From: an uncultured Acidobacteriota bacterium
Lineage (GTDB): Bacteria; Acidobacteriota; Terriglobia; Terriglobales; Acidobacteriaceae
Length of the DNA stretch: 64,000 bases
Direction of reading: 5' to 3'
Assembly: GCA_963707735.1 (NCBI GenBank)
Contig: CAVPRB010000008.1
Span: 40,941-104,940 of the forward strand
The first letter of the stretch is position 1; each line of letters opens with the position of its first letter. Shown piece by piece: positions 20,882 to 31,720 of this stretch. Made by a program: the position numbers and the translations under genes. Under the pieces are notes generated by a model, which saw only the letters and a list, made by a program, of their open reading frames with translations, searched no databases and was not told where the DNA came from.

Positions 20882-21556
20882 ATGCTTATTCCCTCAATTG
20901 ATCTGATGGGCGGCAAAGTCGTCCAGCTTGTGCAAGGCAAGGACAAGGCGCTCGAATTCGACGACCTCGAATACTGGATCGACCGCTTTCTTCCCTATCC
21001 AATGGTGCAACTCATCGATCTGGATGCGGCCATGGGCACGGGCGAAAACACCGCGATCATTCATCACATCTGCCAGCACCTTCCGGTGCAGGTTGGCGGC
21101 GGAATTCGCTCCGTCGAAGCCGCATCGAAGATGTTCGAAGCCGGAGCAAAAAAGGTCATCATCGGCTCGGCGCTGTTGAAGAATGGCGGTATGGATCTGC
21201 AGATGGCGCAGGCCCTGTCGCACTACGCCGCACCGGCGCGCCTGCTCTTCGCGGTCGATTCCCGTGGCGGCAAAGTCTCGGTGAAAGGTTGGCGGGAAGG
21301 CACTGCGCTAACGCCCATGGATATGATGCGGCAGACCGGGGAATACTGCTCCGGCTATCTCTACACTCACATCGACACCGAGGGAACGATGCGCGGTTTT
21401 CCCTTCGAGGTGATTGCAAAACTAAAGGAAGCAACTTCGCGCAAACTCATCGTTGCCGGCGGCATCAAATCCATGGAAGAAGTAAACCGGCTCCACGCCG
21501 AGGGCGTAGACTCCGTGGTGGGCATGGCCGTTTACACCGGGGCTCTCGAGGCGTAG
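20882..21556 (+). CDS. hisA: HisA-type ProFAR isomerase
   Basis: MLIPSIDLMGGKVVQLVQG, VQVGGGIRS and the VAGGIKS (beta/alpha)8 phosphate-binding motifs. 224 aa, lower GC than hisI-hisF. Confidence 0.8.
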   Translation: MLIPSIDLMGGKVVQLVQGKDKALEFDDLEYWIDRFLPYPMVQLIDLDAAMGTGENTAIIHHICQHLPVQVGGGIRSVEAASKMFEAGAKKVIIGSALLKNGGMDLQMAQALSHYAAPARLLFAVDSRGGKVSVKGWREGTALTPMDMMRQTGEYCSGYLYTHIDTEGTMRGFPFEVIAKLKEATSRKLIVAGGIKSMEEVNRLHAEGVDSVVGMAVYTGALEA

Positions 21557-21659
21557 CGCGGCCAGGCTCCATGGCGGCCGTTTCCTGCTTTTGATAACCT
21601 TTGCAGTGGGGTAAATACGTCGATCAAGTCCCGGAACCCGGCGCCGGGCCAGGAGCCAA

Positions 21660-24143
21660 GTGTCACAGGCACAAGTCGTTTCATCCGTGGAATTCAGCGG
21701 TGGGGATCAGTCGCGGGAGAGCGTCTTCAATCTTTTCCGGCGCTGGGGATATCTCCAGGCAGACCTCGATCCACTCGGACAGTTTCCCCGTCTTGATTAC
21801 TCCGAGCTGAAGATCAGCGGCCCGGACGCCGAGCGCGCCCGCGAAATCTACTGTGGCAGCATCGGCGCCGAGTTCATGCACATTCCCTATCCCGAACGCC
21901 GTCAGTGGATCATCGACCGTCTGGAAGGTCCGCAGTCCGAGGTCAATCGCGAAGCCATTCTCAAGCAACTGCTCGAGGCCGACATCTTTGAGCAGATGTT
22001 GCAGACGCTCTACATTGGCACCAAGCGCTTTTCGCTCGAAGGCAACACCGCCCTGATTCCCATGATGGAGGAGATTCTGGCCGGAGCCGCGGTGCACGGC
22101 GCCGAGGAATGCGTCATGGCCATGAGCCATCGCGGGCGCCTCACCGCCATCTACAACACCGTGGGCCGTTCCGCAACCGACATATACGCGGGCTTTGAAG
22201 ATGTTGATCCGCGCTCCATCCTTGGCGGCGGCGATGTGAAGTATCACCTTGGTGCCACCGGCTTTCGCGACTTCAGCGGTCAGCGCATGCGGATTCACCT
22301 GGTCAGCAATCCCAGCCACCTGGAGGCCGTCGATCCCGTCGCGCTGGGACGCGTTCGCGCCAAGCAAACCCGGCGCGGCGCCGAGGGCAAACGCCAGGTC
22401 CTGCCCATCCTCATGCATGGCGATTCTGCTTTTGCCGGACAGGGTATCTGGGCCGAGACGCTCAACATGAGCTACCTGCCGGGCTTCGAAGTCGGCGGCA
22501 CCATCAACATCATCGTCAACAACCTGCTCGGCTTCACTACCAATCCAAGCGAATACGCCAGCGGACGCTTTGCCAGCGACCTCGCCAAGCGCCTGCCCAT
22601 TCCAATTTTCCATGTGAACGCGGAAGACCCCGACGCAGTTGTCCGTATCGGCCGGCTGGCGCTTGAATACCGATACAAGTTCGCTTCCGACGTACTCATC
22701 GACCTCATCGGCTATCGCCGCCACGGCCACTCGGAAATCGACGATCCCACCATCACCCAACCCATCGTCTACGCCAAAATCAGGGTCCATCCGCCGCTTT
22801 ACGAAATCTACGCCAAGCGGCTGGGCATCGACGTCACAGCTCAGGTTGCCGAATCCAGGGCGCGCTACCAGCAGGCCAAGGCAGATGCCAAAGCCATGAT
22901 CAAAACGCCGCTGTTGTATGAGCTGCCCGATTACTGGAACGGATTCTTCGGCCGCAAATGGTTACCAGCCAACGAAATTGACACCGGCGTCGCGCCCGAG
23001 GAACTCATGCGTCTGGGCCTGAAACTTGGCGAATACCCGGCGGGCTTCCACATCCATCCCAAGGTCGCCGCCCTGTTCAAACAACGCCAGGAGATGGCGC
23101 TAGGTAAGCGTCTCATCGACTACGGCATGGCCGAAGCCCTGGCCTTCGCCAGCCTGGTCAGCAGCGGGATTCCGGTTCGAATGAGTGGGCAGGATTCGCG
23201 CCGCGGCACCTTCAGTCATCGTCACTCGTGTCTCATCGATGTTGAGGACGAGAGCGAATACATGCCTCTGCAGCATATCTCCCCCGGCCAGGCCCTCATC
23301 GAGATCCATAACTCGGAGCTTTCCGAAGCCGCCGTCCTCGGTTTCGAGTACGGATATAGCCGCGATTATCCCGAGACGCTCACCCTCTGGGAGGCACAGT
23401 TCGGCGACTTCGCAAACAGCGCCCAGATCATCATCGATCAGTTCATCAGCGCTGGCGAAGAAAAGTGGGGTTTGCTGTCAGGACTCGTGCTGCTCCTGCC
23501 ACACGGCTATGAAGGTCAGGGACCCGAGCATTCCAGTGCCCGGATGGAGCGTTATCTGCAACTGTGCGCGCGTGACAATATGCAGGTATGCCAGCCATCT
23601 TCGGCGGCGCAATTCTTCCATCTCCTGCGCCGTCAGGCTCTGCGCAAATGGCGCAAACCGCTCATTTGCTTCACTCCCAAGAGCATGTTGCGCCATCCCG
23701 ATGCCGCTAGCGACCTGGCTGCGCTCAGCGCTCCGCGATTCAAAACCGTGGTTGCAGACCGGGGCGCCGATCCCGCCGAGGTCAGGCGTGTCCTGCTCTG
23801 TTCGGGCAAAATTGGCCACGATCTTGAGGCTGAACGCAAACGGTTGAACCATGGCTCCACGGCTATTCTTCTCCTCGACCAGCTCTACCCCTTCCCGGAG
23901 CACGACCTCCTGGACGCCCTCGCCCCTTACAAGAACGCGCACGAACTGGTGTGGGTGCAGGAAGAGCCTGCCAACATGGGCGCGCACAGTTTTGTGAGAC
24001 CCCGCCTGCGCCGCCTGGTCGGCGAGCGGCTTCCCGTGCGCTCCATAAAGCGCCAGGCAGCGGCAAGCCCTGCTACCGGTTCGGCCAAGGCTCACCAGTT
24101 GGAGCAGCGCGCGCTGCTTGCGCTGGCGTTCGCCGGTTTCTGA
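21660..24143 (+). CDS. sucA: 2-oxoglutarate dehydrogenase E1 component
   Basis: 827 aa, GTG start. Recognised from RWGYLQADLDPLG, HGDSAFAGQG and HGYEGQGPEHSSAR. Confidence 0.9.
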   Translation: MSQAQVVSSVEFSGGDQSRESVFNLFRRWGYLQADLDPLGQFPRLDYSELKISGPDAERAREIYCGSIGAEFMHIPYPERRQWIIDRLEGPQSEVNREAILKQLLEADIFEQMLQTLYIGTKRFSLEGNTALIPMMEEILAGAAVHGAEECVMAMSHRGRLTAIYNTVGRSATDIYAGFEDVDPRSILGGGDVKYHLGATGFRDFSGQRMRIHLVSNPSHLEAVDPVALGRVRAKQTRRGAEGKRQVLPILMHGDSAFAGQGIWAETLNMSYLPGFEVGGTINIIVNNLLGFTTNPSEYASGRFASDLAKRLPIPIFHVNAEDPDAVVRIGRLALEYRYKFASDVLIDLIGYRRHGHSEIDDPTITQPIVYAKIRVHPPLYEIYAKRLGIDVTAQVAESRARYQQAKADAKAMIKTPLLYELPDYWNGFFGRKWLPANEIDTGVAPEELMRLGLKLGEYPAGFHIHPKVAALFKQRQEMALGKRLIDYGMAEALAFASLVSSGIPVRMSGQDSRRGTFSHRHSCLIDVEDESEYMPLQHISPGQALIEIHNSELSEAAVLGFEYGYSRDYPETLTLWEAQFGDFANSAQIIIDQFISAGEEKWGLLSGLVLLLPHGYEGQGPEHSSARMERYLQLCARDNMQVCQPSSAAQFFHLLRRQALRKWRKPLICFTPKSMLRHPDAASDLAALSAPRFKTVVADRGADPAEVRRVLLCSGKIGHDLEAERKRLNHGSTAILLLDQLYPFPEHDLLDALAPYKNAHELVWVQEEPANMGAHSFVRPRLRRLVGERLPVRSIKRQAAASPATGSAKAHQLEQRALLALAFAGF

Positions 24144-24374
24144 GGTTGGCTGCCCTCTGCGGATGCCGCGCCGGGCCGCCTTCGCGCCGGCACATCCGGG
24201 GTCAGCACCGCGCCGCCATCTTCGCCGCCATCCCTCTTCTCCAGAAATATTTCGTTCATCCTTTCTTCTGCGGATACGTGGTTAGGTTTTAGACTTTTTA
24301 AAATAGAGCAAAGATGTTTTACTATCGCTACATATCTTCGCGCCATCGCCGTCAAACTCGTAGGAAGGGACCAA

Positions 24375-24965
24375 ATGGTAAACGAGACGATCACGCAAGG
24401 ACTCAGACCGTACTTGATCGGGGAGAAAATCCGTGCCTTGAGACTCAAGAAGAGCATGGGACTGGTCGAGCTTGGCAACCACACTGGCCTGTCTGCTGCA
24501 TTGCTTTCAAAGATCGAGCGCGGCAAACTGATTCCTACTCTTCCCACGTTGTTGCGCATTGCCATGGTCTTCAGCGTTGGACTGGAATTTTTCTTTGACA
24601 ACAACCGCAATCGCAACCTGGTCGAGGTAATTCGCAAAGGCGAGCGCACGCGCTTTCCCGAGCGCCCCGGCTCCGACGCCAGCTCCTACTGGTTTGAGAG
24701 TCTCGACTTCAAGGCCAGTGAACGTAAGCTCAACTCGTTCTATGCCGAGTTCGTTCCGATTCCTTCCGACCAGTTGAAGCCGCACCAGCACACTGGGATC
24801 GAAGTGCTGTTTGTCATCGAGGGCACGCTCAATCTGAAAATTGGCGGAGAAGATTTCGAACTCGCCGCCGGCGACGCCATCTACTTTGATAGCTCCATGC
24901 CCCACTACTATCTGCGCATCAACGAGGCGGGAGCATGCAAGGCGCTGGTGGTAACCGCCGGGTAG
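24375..24965 (+). CDS. XRE-family transcriptional regulator with C-terminal cupin domain
   Basis: HTH stretch IRALRLKKSMGLVELGNHTGLSAALLSKIERGK, followed by the cupin stretch HQHTGIEVLFVIEGTL...GDAIYFDSSMPH. Confidence 0.8.
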   Translation: MVNETITQGLRPYLIGEKIRALRLKKSMGLVELGNHTGLSAALLSKIERGKLIPTLPTLLRIAMVFSVGLEFFFDNNRNRNLVEVIRKGERTRFPERPGSDASSYWFESLDFKASERKLNSFYAEFVPIPSDQLKPHQHTGIEVLFVIEGTLNLKIGGEDFELAAGDAIYFDSSMPHYYLRINEAGACKALVVTAG

Positions 24966-25006
24966 AGCCGTCCCAGGGCGGACGGCACATAGAGATCGAA
25001 TGAGCG

Positions 25007-25560
25007 TTGGTGAGCACTTTCAACGGCCATCAATATCCCGAACTGCAACTGGCTGGGCCCCGCGAGTACGCCGGGCGCCGCGGCTGGGAAATTGCCGGTG
25101 AGTACACCGACCAAGGCGTGTCAGGCTCGAAAGAGTCCCGTCCCGAGCTAAACCGGCTCATGAGTGACGCCCACCGGCGCGCTTTGAGGCAGTGCTCGTC
25201 TGGAAGATTGGTCGTTTCGGCCGCTCACTAAAGCACATCGTGAACGCATTGGCCGATCCTGGCGCGGACGGCGTCGCGTTTATGAGCCTTCGCGACAACC
25301 TCGACCTGGGCACGCCACCCGGTCGGATGATGTTCCAGATCATCGGGGCCATGGCGGAATTCGAGCGGGCGCTGATTCAGGAGCGGGTCAAGGCCGGACT
25401 GCGGAACGCTAAACCGAAGGGCAAGCGGCTCGGCCGTCCGCGGCGGGTTGTGGACTCTTCCAGAATTGCTAATCTGCGTTCTGCGGGCGCTTCCTGGCAG
25501 GCTGTTTCGCGAGAGCTAGGGGTGGGGCTTGCCACTCTGTACCGGGTAACTGCCACCTAA
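25007..25560 (+). pseudogene. serine recombinase/resolvase, N-terminally eroded and frameshifted
   Basis: VSTFNGHQ...GVSGSKESRPELNRLMSDA is in ORF 25007. LVWKIGRFGRSLKHIV...AEFERALIQERVKAGL...HTH is in ORF 25192. The shift lies near 25180, and a stop codon sits directly upstream of the Ser region. Confidence 0.75.
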
Positions 25561-25932
25561 CACTGGTTGACGTCAATGCATGGCTGCCCAGTGGGATCTT
25601 GCGGCGTCCGCCTGGCCTGTTGCAGCCGAGCCGCGAACCGCAAGCAGTGCTTCGCCGTTCGGTCACAGAAGCAGCTTTGGTCATGCGAAACCGCTCAAGA
25701 GCAGCGCGATCTCGTGGGCTCGCGGCCGAACAGGATATTCCCACGCAGCTTTCTTGGGGCCTCCCGGCTGGAGATTCACGACCGGAGAACTGCCGGTTCC
25801 GGGATCCGCCGGTACCGTGCGCAAACACAAATGTGGCGTATCATCCGATGGGCCGGCATTTCGATCCATCCATTGCATTCCAGGTGCGTCTACGGAGTCT
25901 GTCTTTTTCTCGCCTCGCTCAGGAGGTCGCAT

Positions 25933-28900
25933 ATGTCCCGGATCCCGCTTTGCTCCCCATTATTGTCATTGGCCGGTCTCGCGCGCGGGGCTGTGAGGAG
26001 CGGTAGGTTCACGGTTGGCTTTGCGCTGTTGCTTATGGTGTTGGCGGGCGGGAGTTACGCGTTCGCGTCCGCCAACACTACGACGACCCTGGCAGTGACG
26101 AGCGGAGGCGGCGCGGTGACCACGGTCGCATCCGGTGCGGTGGTGACGCTGACGGCTACTGTCACCGTAGGCGGCGCGCCGGTGACGCTGGGCACGGTGA
26201 ACTTCTGCGACGCTTCGGCGACGTACTGCACGGACATCCGTGTCGTCGGCACGGCGCAGTTGACGACGGCCGGGACGGCTGTGCTCAAGTTCCGTCCGGG
26301 AGTCGGAAGCCACAGCTACAAGGCAGTTTTTGCCGGGACCACCACCAACGCCGCCAGCACCTCCAGCACAGCGGCGCTGACCGTAACACAATCCGGGCTC
26401 TACGCATCGACCACCACGATTGCGTAAAGTGGCAGTGTGGGCAACTACACGCTGACGGCGACGGTGGTCGGCAACGGCAGAACGGCGCCCACGGGGACGG
26501 TGTCGTTCCTCGATACGAGCAATGGGAATGCGGTGCTCGGCACGGCAACGCTGGGAGCGGGCACGGCAGGACCCAACTTCTGGAACTCTTCGAACCCGGC
26601 GGCGGGCCTCTCTGCGAATGCCGTTGCAGTAGGTGACTTCAACGGAGATGGCATCCTGGACCTGGCGGTGGCGGACGGGTCAGGCGATATAACGGTGCTG
26701 CTAGGCAACGGCGACGGGACGTTTACGTTGGCGGCGGCGAGCCCGGCGACAGGCACAGTTCCCAATTCCATCGCGACAGGTGACTTCAACGGGGACGGCA
26801 TCCTGGATCTGGCCGTGGGGAGCGAGGGCTACGGCACGGTAAAGGTGCTGTTGGGCAACTTCGGCGGGGACGGAACCTTCACGGAGATCGCCACCGTGCA
26901 GTCAGGCCCCTCCAATTCCATCGCGGTAGGCGATTTCAACCGGGACGGAATCCTGGACATGGCAGTGGCGAACGGTGCCGGTGGCGGGGTAACGGTGATG
27001 CTGGGCGACGGCGATGGGACGTTCACGGTCATGGTACCGAGTCTGGGAACAGGGTCCGATCCCAATTCCATCGTGGTTGGTGATTTCAACGGGGATGGCA
27101 TACCGGACCTGGCGGTGGTGTGCAATAACCAGTTTTATGGCCCGGGCACGGTAACGGTGCTGCTGGGCAATGGGGACGGAACCTTTACGGCGGCGGCGAG
27201 CCCTGGGACGGGCGTGTATCCCAGTTCCATGGCGGTAGGCGATTTCAACGGGGATGGAATACTGGACCTGGCTGTGGCGAACCTAGGTGAGCCTACGGGC
27301 GACGGCACGGTGACAGTGCTGCTGGGCAACGGGGATGGGACGTTTACGGCCACGGCTACGAGCCCGGCGACAGGCGAATGGCCCGATTCCATTGAGGTAG
27401 GTGACTTTAACGGGGACGGCATCCCGGACCTGGCCGTGGCGAACGAAGACAGCAACACGGTAACGGTTCTGCTGGGCAATGGGGATGGAACGTTTACTGC
27501 GGCACCAACGAGCCCGGCGACGGGCATCAATCCGATTTCCATCGCGGTGGGTGACTTCAACGGAGACGGCATCTCGGACTTGGCTGTGGCGAACGCCGGC
27601 AGCGAGAAGGCGACGGTACTGCTCGCAGGGAGAACGGCTGCAACCGCAACGGCGAGCGGAATCGCGCTGCCGGTGGCCACGGGCACCCACTTGGTGCTGG
27701 CAAGCTACTCCGGTGACAGCAATTACGGAGCCGGCACCTCCGCCACAACCAGTTTGACCGCAACCCAGGGTACTCCGACAGTGAGCGTGACGGCGTCGGC
27801 TAACCCAGTGGCCTACGGGATAGCCGTGACTTTGAAGGCAACGGTCACCGGTAGCGGACTCACACCCACCGGGACAGTCACCTTCTACGTTGGCACTACG
27901 CCGTTAGCTAAGGGCACACTCAGCGGCGGTGTATACCCCTACCCGACGAATACATTTGCGCCAGGTTCCTACTCCATCACGGCTTCCTATGCGGGCGATA
28001 GCAACTACGTGGCCGCAACCTCGGCGGCGCTTGGTTTGACGGTAACTCAGGGAACGCCGACGATTGTGTGGCCAGCGCCCGCACCGATCACCTATGGAAC
28101 CAACCTCAGCGCCATTCTGGATGCAGCGGCCCAGAACGGCTCCGGCACAAACGTCCCTGGCACTTTTGCTTATACTGCGACGTCAGCCGGCGGAACGGCC
28201 GTGCCCGTAACAGCGGCAACGATCCTTGGAATCGGCAGCTATACACTCGGCGCGAGCTTTACGCCAGCATATTCCAACCTCTACACGTCGGCTACGGGTT
28301 CCGTCCAACTGACCGTGAACCCGGGAGCGCAGATCATTACCTTCCCGAATCCGGGTACTCAGACCTATGGCGCAGCTCCGATCACGTTAAAGGCAACGGC
28401 ATCTTCGGGGCTAGCGGTTAGCTACACGGTGACCGCTGGTCCGGCGACGGTGAGCGGCGAAACGCTGACGATCACCGGGGCTGGATCGGTAACGGTAAGA
28501 GCGACGCAGGCTGGTACGTCGAGCTACCCCGCCGCAACGCCGGTCAGCGTGACCATTACGGTGAACAAAGCCGCGCTCACAGCGACGGCCAACAGTTTGT
28601 CGAAACTGTACGGGGCAGCGAACCCAACGTTGACGTACGCGATCACGGGTTTTGTGAACGGGGATAGGAGCGCGGTGGTATCGGGCGCGGCGTCGCTGAC
28701 GACGGCGGCGACGGCAGCGTCAGCGGTGGGGACGTATCCAATAGCGTTTTCGACCAAGAGTCTGACGGCGGCCAACTATAGCTTTACGTACGCGAGCGGA
28801 ACGCTGACGGTCTACAACACCACCTCGCCCATGCTCTTGGAGATGTCGTCGAGTGGCGCGACGGCGGGCGGCGCGGGATTCACGCTGACGGTTACGGGCG

Positions 28901-29349
28901 CGAACTTCGAGGCGAAGTCGGCGGTGCTGTGGAATGGTGCGGTGCGCAAGACCACCTATGTCAGCGGCACACAGTTGACGGCGGCGATCGGCGCGGCGGA
29001 TATTGCGAAGGAAAAGACAAACCTGGTAACGGTTGCCAATCCTGCGCTGAATCCAGGAACGTCGGCGGCCCTGCCGTTTGTGGTGATGAGTGCAACACCG
29101 GTGGCGGCGATCTCCAGCGGCTCGATCGCCGTGGCAGCCGGCAGCAGCGGCAGTCACGTGTTGACCTTAACCGGCACAGACTTTGTTACGAGCTCGGCGG
29201 TCGGATGGAATGGCTCGAGCCTGGCGACGACCTACGTGAGCCCGTGGCAGATCTCGGCGGTGATCACGGCATCGAACTACAACTCGCTGGCAGCCAACGT
29301 GACGGTGAAGAATGCAGCGGGCACATCGCCCGGCTTTGAGTTGCGATGA
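25933..29349 (+). pseudogene. giant secreted FG-GAP (7-blade) / Ig-like / IPT-domain protein interrupted by an in-frame TAA
   Basis: AGGAGG at 25921 followed by ATG 25933. ORFs 25567..26427 and 26437..29349 share one frame and are separated only by TAA at 26425-26427 (TTIA*SGSVGNYTL). Contains seven VGDFNGDGI-DLAV / VLLGNGDGTFT blades, Ig-like repeats, and two IPT-like C-terminal domains. Confidence 0.75.
26629..27595 (+). repeat. seven FG-GAP blade-coding repeats (in-frame, diverged)
   Basis: The core GT(A/G)GG(T/C)GA(C/T)TTCAACGG(A/G)GA(T/C)GGCAT recurs seven times at intervals of about 130-190 nt. Confidence 0.8.
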
Positions 29350-29492
29350 GGAGTGCGGCGGAGAACAGTGCCTCAAGGAGCCACACGCGCCCGCTGAGCT
29401 TGGCTACGCGGAAGCCTTTGTTAGATTTGCGCAGTTCATAACCAGGGTAAGCCCGGCGGCAGCAGGCAACCGGGCAGAAGAGAAGAGAGGAT

Positions 29493-30647
29493 ATGAGTAT
29501 GACAAGGTTTGCGGCAATGATGGTTGCGGTTGCGATGCTGACCATGGCCCCGGCCTGGGCACAGACGGCCACCGGCGCCGATGCCGGCGCCGCGGCGTAC
29601 GTGAACCAGGCGGGGGTGGCAAAGGCCGCGGCCGGTCTGAAGGCGGACATTTCGGCTTCGGGCGCGGGCGTGGGCTTTGTGCCGGTGTTTACCGACACCG
29701 CGGGCGACCTGGGCAACTCGCTCCTCTTCCAGTCGGGCAATTTTGTGGGCATTGGCACCAGCGCGCCGGCCGAGGCGCTGGAAGTTTCCGGCGCCAATCC
29801 CACCCTGCGCATCGACAACTACTCGAACAACCTGGGCGACTCGCCCAACTTCAACTTCTGGTCGGCGCGCGGCACCTCGACCACGCCGCTGGCCACCCAG
29901 AGTGGCGACAACCTCGGCCAGTTTGCCGCGGCCGGATACAACGGTTCGGCGTTTCCGGGCAGCAAGGTGAAGGTGACTTTTCTTGCCACCGAGAACTGGA
30001 CCGCATCGGCCAACGGCAGCGCCATGACGTTTGCCACCACGGCCAACGGCAGCACCGCGCGCGCCGAGCGGATGCGCATTGACAACACCGGCAACATCGG
30101 CGTTGGCACCACCACGCCGGCCTATCCGCTGTCGGTCAACGGCGTGGTGCAGAGCCTGACCGGAGGCTTCCGTTTCCCTGACGGCACGGTGCAGGCGACG
30201 GCCTCGGTGGGCGGCGGTGGCAGCGTGACGCTGAGCTCGCCCGACGGCTCGATTACGGTGGGCGGCACCGCGGGAGTGGTCCCGCAGGTGGTGGCCAACG
30301 TCAAACTCACGGGCAGCTACGGACTGGGCACGACGCAGACGATTTACACGGCCACGGCCGACGGGTTTTACCGCGTCTCGGTCTACATGAACGTGGGCAC
30401 CTCGGGCACCTGCGCGTCGGCTCCGTGCGCGGGCGAGGCGGTGACGATCCAGTGGAACGACGGGGTCTCGACGACGGCGCTGGCGACGGCCAACTGCAAC
30501 CTGGTGACGGTGTGCGGCTCCTCGGTGGTGACGCCGGTGTGGGTCAAGAGCGGGCAGAAGATCAGCGCCTATGGCCAGAGCTACGGCTCCGGCACAACCC
30601 CCACGGGCGGCAGCTACAACGCCTACGTGCTGGTGGAGCAGCTGTAG
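29493..30647 (+). CDS. secreted protein with tail-fibre-like N-terminal region
   Basis: Signal peptide MMVAVAMLTMAPAWAQ. The motifs GNFVGIGTSAP and ERMRIDNTGNIGVGTTTPAYPL resemble tail-fibre/BclA-type stalk repeats. Confidence 0.6.
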   Translation: MSMTRFAAMMVAVAMLTMAPAWAQTATGADAGAAAYVNQAGVAKAAAGLKADISASGAGVGFVPVFTDTAGDLGNSLLFQSGNFVGIGTSAPAEALEVSGANPTLRIDNYSNNLGDSPNFNFWSARGTSTTPLATQSGDNLGQFAAAGYNGSAFPGSKVKVTFLATENWTASANGSAMTFATTANGSTARAERMRIDNTGNIGVGTTTPAYPLSVNGVVQSLTGGFRFPDGTVQATASVGGGGSVTLSSPDGSITVGGTAGVVPQVVANVKLTGSYGLGTTQTIYTATADGFYRVSVYMNVGTSGTCASAPCAGEAVTIQWNDGVSTTALATANCNLVTVCGSSVVTPVWVKSGQKISAYGQSYGSGTTPTGGSYNAYVLVEQL

Positions 30648-31720
30648 CACCGGGAGCAACACCGCCGGCAACCGCGCGCTCTCCCGCGCCGTTCCACATG
30701 AGGCCGGGCCTGCAACGGCGCGGCCTCATTGTCTTGATGGCACGACCCTGGAATGGGTTCGATTTGTTGTCGCACGGGTGGGCGCAGGGGCCGTGGAAAG
30801 AGACGGTAACCAAATGTCCGAACAGAATGAACCCGATTTGCTTGGCGGTAGCCCCGTCATTCGTCCGGAACAGCGTAGAGCTGTCGGAAGTATCGGCGCG
30901 CCCCTCGCAAGCTCGGCTAGAGATGCCTCTTGCCTCCCTCACGGTCGCTAACGTTCGCAGCAAGCGCAACCGCGCCTCATGAACAACACCCTTGCCTTCA
31001 CTTGCTGTTCTAGACGCTCCTGCCTTGCTCTGGCAGTCCGTCGCAAGCCGCCCCGCGGGCGCGCGGCGAGAACTTGTGTCGATCCTGCTCTTGTAACGCC
31101 AGCAGTTCGCCCCCGCAGCTCACTGGAAGTAAAGGACTGGCGGGGTCACGCGCGAACCGCTCTCCAGAAAACTCTCCTTTTCACGCGTGCGCCCCCGGCA
31201 ACTCATCGCATGTTCACGGGAAAGATCAACTCAGCAACGCGACGTGAGGAGGTCGGACCAAGGAATGCTCCGCTCTCAGCCGCCCCGAGGCGACTCCCCT
31301 TCCCGCGTTCCGCCCCGGACTGATCAGGGCAGGATAAAAACCGGGGAACTGCCGGCAGGATTCATAACTGTAATTGGCTGGCGTGAATAGCCGGAAGCCG
31401 GAAGCTCGGCGGTCAGTTGCAAGGGCTGATGTATGTAGTTGAGAGCGAGGCACCATTCCAGTACACGACCGAAGCCGAAACAAAGTCCGGGCCCGCTAGC
31501 AAGAGAATGGTCCCGTTGCCGCGCACTGTGTCAGAGACCGAGGCCGAACTGATACGGGCAATCGGAGAGTCGGAGAGCACGGCAACGGGCGCGCCGCTTG
31601 TAATGCTGGCAGAGGAGGCCGATGCAGTGGCCACCGTAATTAGAGCGGAACCAGGGTTGTTATATCCATAGTTGTGGGGGTGAGTAGAATTGAGTTGGCG
31701 ATCTCCGCGACGGCGAACGA

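Noticed and set aside
21681-22790. 369-aa minus-strand ORF inside sucA
   Set aside because: It is antisense to a clearly conserved 2-oxoglutarate dehydrogenase E1 sequence and has no motifs of its own.
24092-24649. 185-aa minus-strand ORF overlapping the sucA end and the XRE regulator
   Set aside because: It is antisense to a clear HTH-cupin regulator. It spans an AT-rich intergenic region and has no motifs.
26629-27595. Regularly recurring 45-nt motif that could be mistaken for a CRISPR array or a tandem DNA repeat
   Set aside because: The repeats are diverged, unevenly spaced at 130-190 nt, and in frame. They encode the FG-GAP blade consensus VGDFNGDGI-DLAV, so this is protein-level repetition and not a CRISPR array.
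29436-30671. 411-aa minus-strand ORF covering the whole tail-fibre-like gene
   Set aside because: Its composition is extremely Arg/Gly/Ala/His-rich and it has no motifs. This is the typical antisense shadow of a high-GC gene. The plus-strand ORF has a signal peptide and recognisable repeats.
30648-31412. 765-nt gap with several 60-130-aa ORFs on both strands
   Set aside because: None has a ribosome-binding site, recognisable motifs, or protein-like composition. The gap is probably decayed remnant DNA, and I could not support any call.
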